NCBI GenBank assembly: GCA_016205145.1
Contig: JACQJH010000002.1
Span: 90,001-122,000, forward strand
Source of the DNA: Candidatus Iainarchaeum sp.
GTDB lineage: Archaea > Iainarchaeota > Iainarchaeia > Iainarchaeales > JACQJH01
Length of the DNA: 32,000 bases
Reading direction: 5' to 3'
The stretch's first letter is position 1. Each line of letters begins with the position of its first letter. Both the position numbers and the translations under genes were made by a program. Shown here piece after piece: positions 30,506-32,000 of this stretch. A model generated the notes under the pieces. That model had not been told where the DNA came from. It did not search any database and saw only the letters and a list, made by a program, of their open reading frames with translations.

Positions 30506-30530
30506 CCGGCAGCGCATATTTTGCTGCCGG
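30506..30530. terminator. Perfect 8-bp stem hairpin CCGGCAGC(N9)GCTGCCGG between convergent genes
   Basis: Read directly. The loop contains TATTTT. It lies between the stop at 30451 (+) and the stop at 30546 (-). Confidence 0.35.
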
Positions 30531-30545
30531 AAACCAAATCACACG

Positions 30546-31196
30546 TCAGCCATGCAAGGGCTTTCTGCATACAACGCCGGCGGGGTTCTCAAAGCGCTTG
30601 CATTGCACAAAGCCGGTTTCCTGCAGGCGCTTCATGGTCGAAGCCGGAAGGTCCTTTCCGCTTTTTTCGCCGGTCTGGCCAGTGTAATGGAACAAAGTTC
30701 CGCAGTTTTTGAGGACGCGGAACAGCCCGGCATAAAAAGGCCTGCCGTAAAGCTCCCCGGCAATCGAAATCGACGGAGGGTCGTGGAGAATTGCGTCAAA
30801 ATGGCGGCCCGGAAAAGACTTTATGCCTTCAGCCGCGTCTTCCAGCCGGACAACGATTTTTTTGTCGGAAAAAAGTTTTGCGCTCGCAGGATTGTTCCTT
30901 GCGACCTCCAAAACGTTTTGGTCGATTTCAAACGTGCAAACCTGATTGACGCCAGGCCTCGAAGCAATTTCAATCGCGGTATAGCCCAGGCCGCAGCAGG
31001 TGTCAAGAACATTCCCTTTCAGCTGGCCAAGCGCAAAAACCATGCGCTTTGTGGTTTCAGCCACGCTTGAATCCTTGAAGCAGTGCATGCGCACGCCGGA
31101 AATTTCAAGGCACGGCAAAGAATCGGTTTCAAAAAGCCTGTAAAACCGGTTCGTCTCGGGCGAAAAAAAAGAAAAAAGGGTTTTGTGCTTTGCCAT
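30546..31196 (-). CDS. Class I SAM-dependent methyltransferase
   Basis: 216 aa from ATG 31196. Motif I is VLDTCCGLGYTAIE. A motif IV-like ILHDPPS is also present. The substrate is unknown. Confidence 0.7.
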   Translation of the reverse strand: MAKHKTLFSFFSPETNRFYRLFETDSLPCLEISGVRMHCFKDSSVAETTKRMVFALGQLKGNVLDTCCGLGYTAIEIASRPGVNQVCTFEIDQNVLEVARNNPASAKLFSDKKIVVRLEDAAEGIKSFPGRHFDAILHDPPSISIAGELYGRPFYAGLFRVLKNCGTLFHYTGQTGEKSGKDLPASTMKRLQETGFVQCKRFENPAGVVCRKPLHG

Positions 31197-31306
31197 AAAA
31201 CAGTTTTTTACTGCAATAAAAATAATATTTGGTCTGTGGCAAAAAAAAGCCCGGTAGCCATGCCGGAAAATCATTCCAAAAGCTTTTGGATGAAAATTTG
31301 CCAAAA

Positions 31307-32000
31307 CTAGGAATAATTTATAGAATAGCTGCCGCTGCCGCGCTCTTTTTTGACGCAAATGTGCTGTATGGAGCCGCCGGTCTGCCAGGTTATGCTCTCG
31401 GAAAAGCCGGCAACTCCCTCGTTGACCGAAAAAGCCGCATTCTTGCGGTCCTTGTTTGTTTTGCCATAATACATGAGGTCCCAAGTCGTGTCCTTTCCGC
31501 CCTGGTCGCGGACCGTGAAACTCACGTCAAGGTCCTTGCCTGGCGAGACAACAACCGAGGCACTGCTTCCAGTGGACAGCCTGAAACAGTCCACGGTGTC
31601 AAGATAATTCAACAACGCGCTGTAATCCTTGTTGCCCGGCGATATTTCCAATGCACCATCAGGGGTATCGCCTGCATCCGTGCCGCTGCCGGCATCGTTC
31701 TGCGGGGTTATTTCAAGCGCAATTGAATATTTTCCTGTGCCCTTCTTGCTTTCAACGCTGAAATATTTGGTGTAGCTTTTCTGGGCCGAGCTTTCCTGGC
31801 TCCAGAAGGATTCCGGCTTGCCGGCGATCGCCGCATCAATTTTGAAGTCCCTGCCAACATCGCTGCCGCCGTCATAATACAGGAAATCCCATGTCCTGTC
31901 CTTTCCGCCGGCATCATAAATCCTGAGCACGGCGTCAAGACTTGTGTCAGGTGCGACAGTTACCTGGAACCTGTCACCAGCGCCGACAGTAAAACTGTAA
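31307..32000 (-). CDS. Repeat-containing protein with PPC (pre-peptidase C-terminal)-like modules, probably secreted or surface-located; C-terminal part only, 5' end outside the window
   Basis: The frame stays open upstream of the track start (a GTG at 31930) to the window edge: ...YSFTVGAGDRFQVTVAPDTSLDAVLRIYDAGGKD. There are two ~105-aa repeats, each with D-x-D...F/Y-x-V...DLDV-x-F-x-V-x-D-x-GGKD plus TWD(F/L)xYY. Confidence 0.6.
   Translation of the reverse strand, partial: YSFTVGAGDRFQVTVAPDTSLDAVLRIYDAGGKDRTWDFLYYDGGSDVGRDFKIDAAIAGKPESFWSQESSAQKSYTKYFSVESKKGTGKYSIALEITPQNDAGSGTDAGDTPDGALEISPGNKDYSALLNYLDTVDCFRLSTGSSASVVVSPGKDLDVSFTVRDQGGKDTTWDLMYYGKTNKDRKNAAFSVNEGVAGFSESITWQTGGSIQHICVKKERGSGSYSINYS

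Noticed and set aside
1-32000. CRISPR arrays, rRNA or tRNA genes, transposases or integrases, prophage blocks
   Set aside because: Visual scanning found no regularly spaced repeats, no rRNA- or tRNA-like conserved blocks, and no ORF with DDE, serine-recombinase or tyrosine-recombinase hallmarks. The only compositional islets, fic and the mini-wHTH pair, lack flanking direct repeats or recombinase genes.

Overview
This is a gene-dense chromosomal segment with about 35 CDS and very little non-coding DNA. It reads as an uncultured archaeon. The evidence is a Methanocaldococcus-type TyrRS with a KMSSS motif, an archaeal RibL-type FAD synthetase, a LysW-type zinc-ribbon protein, A/T-rich TATA-like boxes about 25-35 nt upstream of many start codons, and frequent 4-nt ATGA gene overlaps. 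Several genes look bacterial: a RibBA fusion, a long-form PurA and a split large-type PurL. Lineage cannot be assigned without searches.

Most content is nucleotide and cofactor metabolism: ribBA, guaB, purA, purL/purQ, ribL, a RibD_C reductase and tenA. There are also transporters (Na/Pi, SSS, an ArsP-like permease), an extracytoplasmic thiol-redox operon, an Fe-S carrier fusion, small wHTH regulators and a Fic enzyme. By eye I found no rRNA, tRNA, CRISPR array or transposase.

The candidates most worth follow-up are:
- a translationally coupled RimK-type ATP-grasp pair (one catalytic, one apparently dead) with a Lys/Gly/Arg-rich tail, followed by an AsnB-type amidotransferase;
- an orphan LysW-like zinc-ribbon protein with a polyacidic tail about 4.3 kb away, which may be the partner or substrate of that pair;
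- a complete AmmeMemoRadiSam cassette, a recognised gene set of unknown function;
- a 290-aa Arg-rich orphan protein;
- a GC-rich array of four hairpins in the largest intergenic gap;
- several perfect or near-perfect palindromes and direct repeats in promoter regions.

All functional calls rest on motifs I recognise in the translations. No database search was run.
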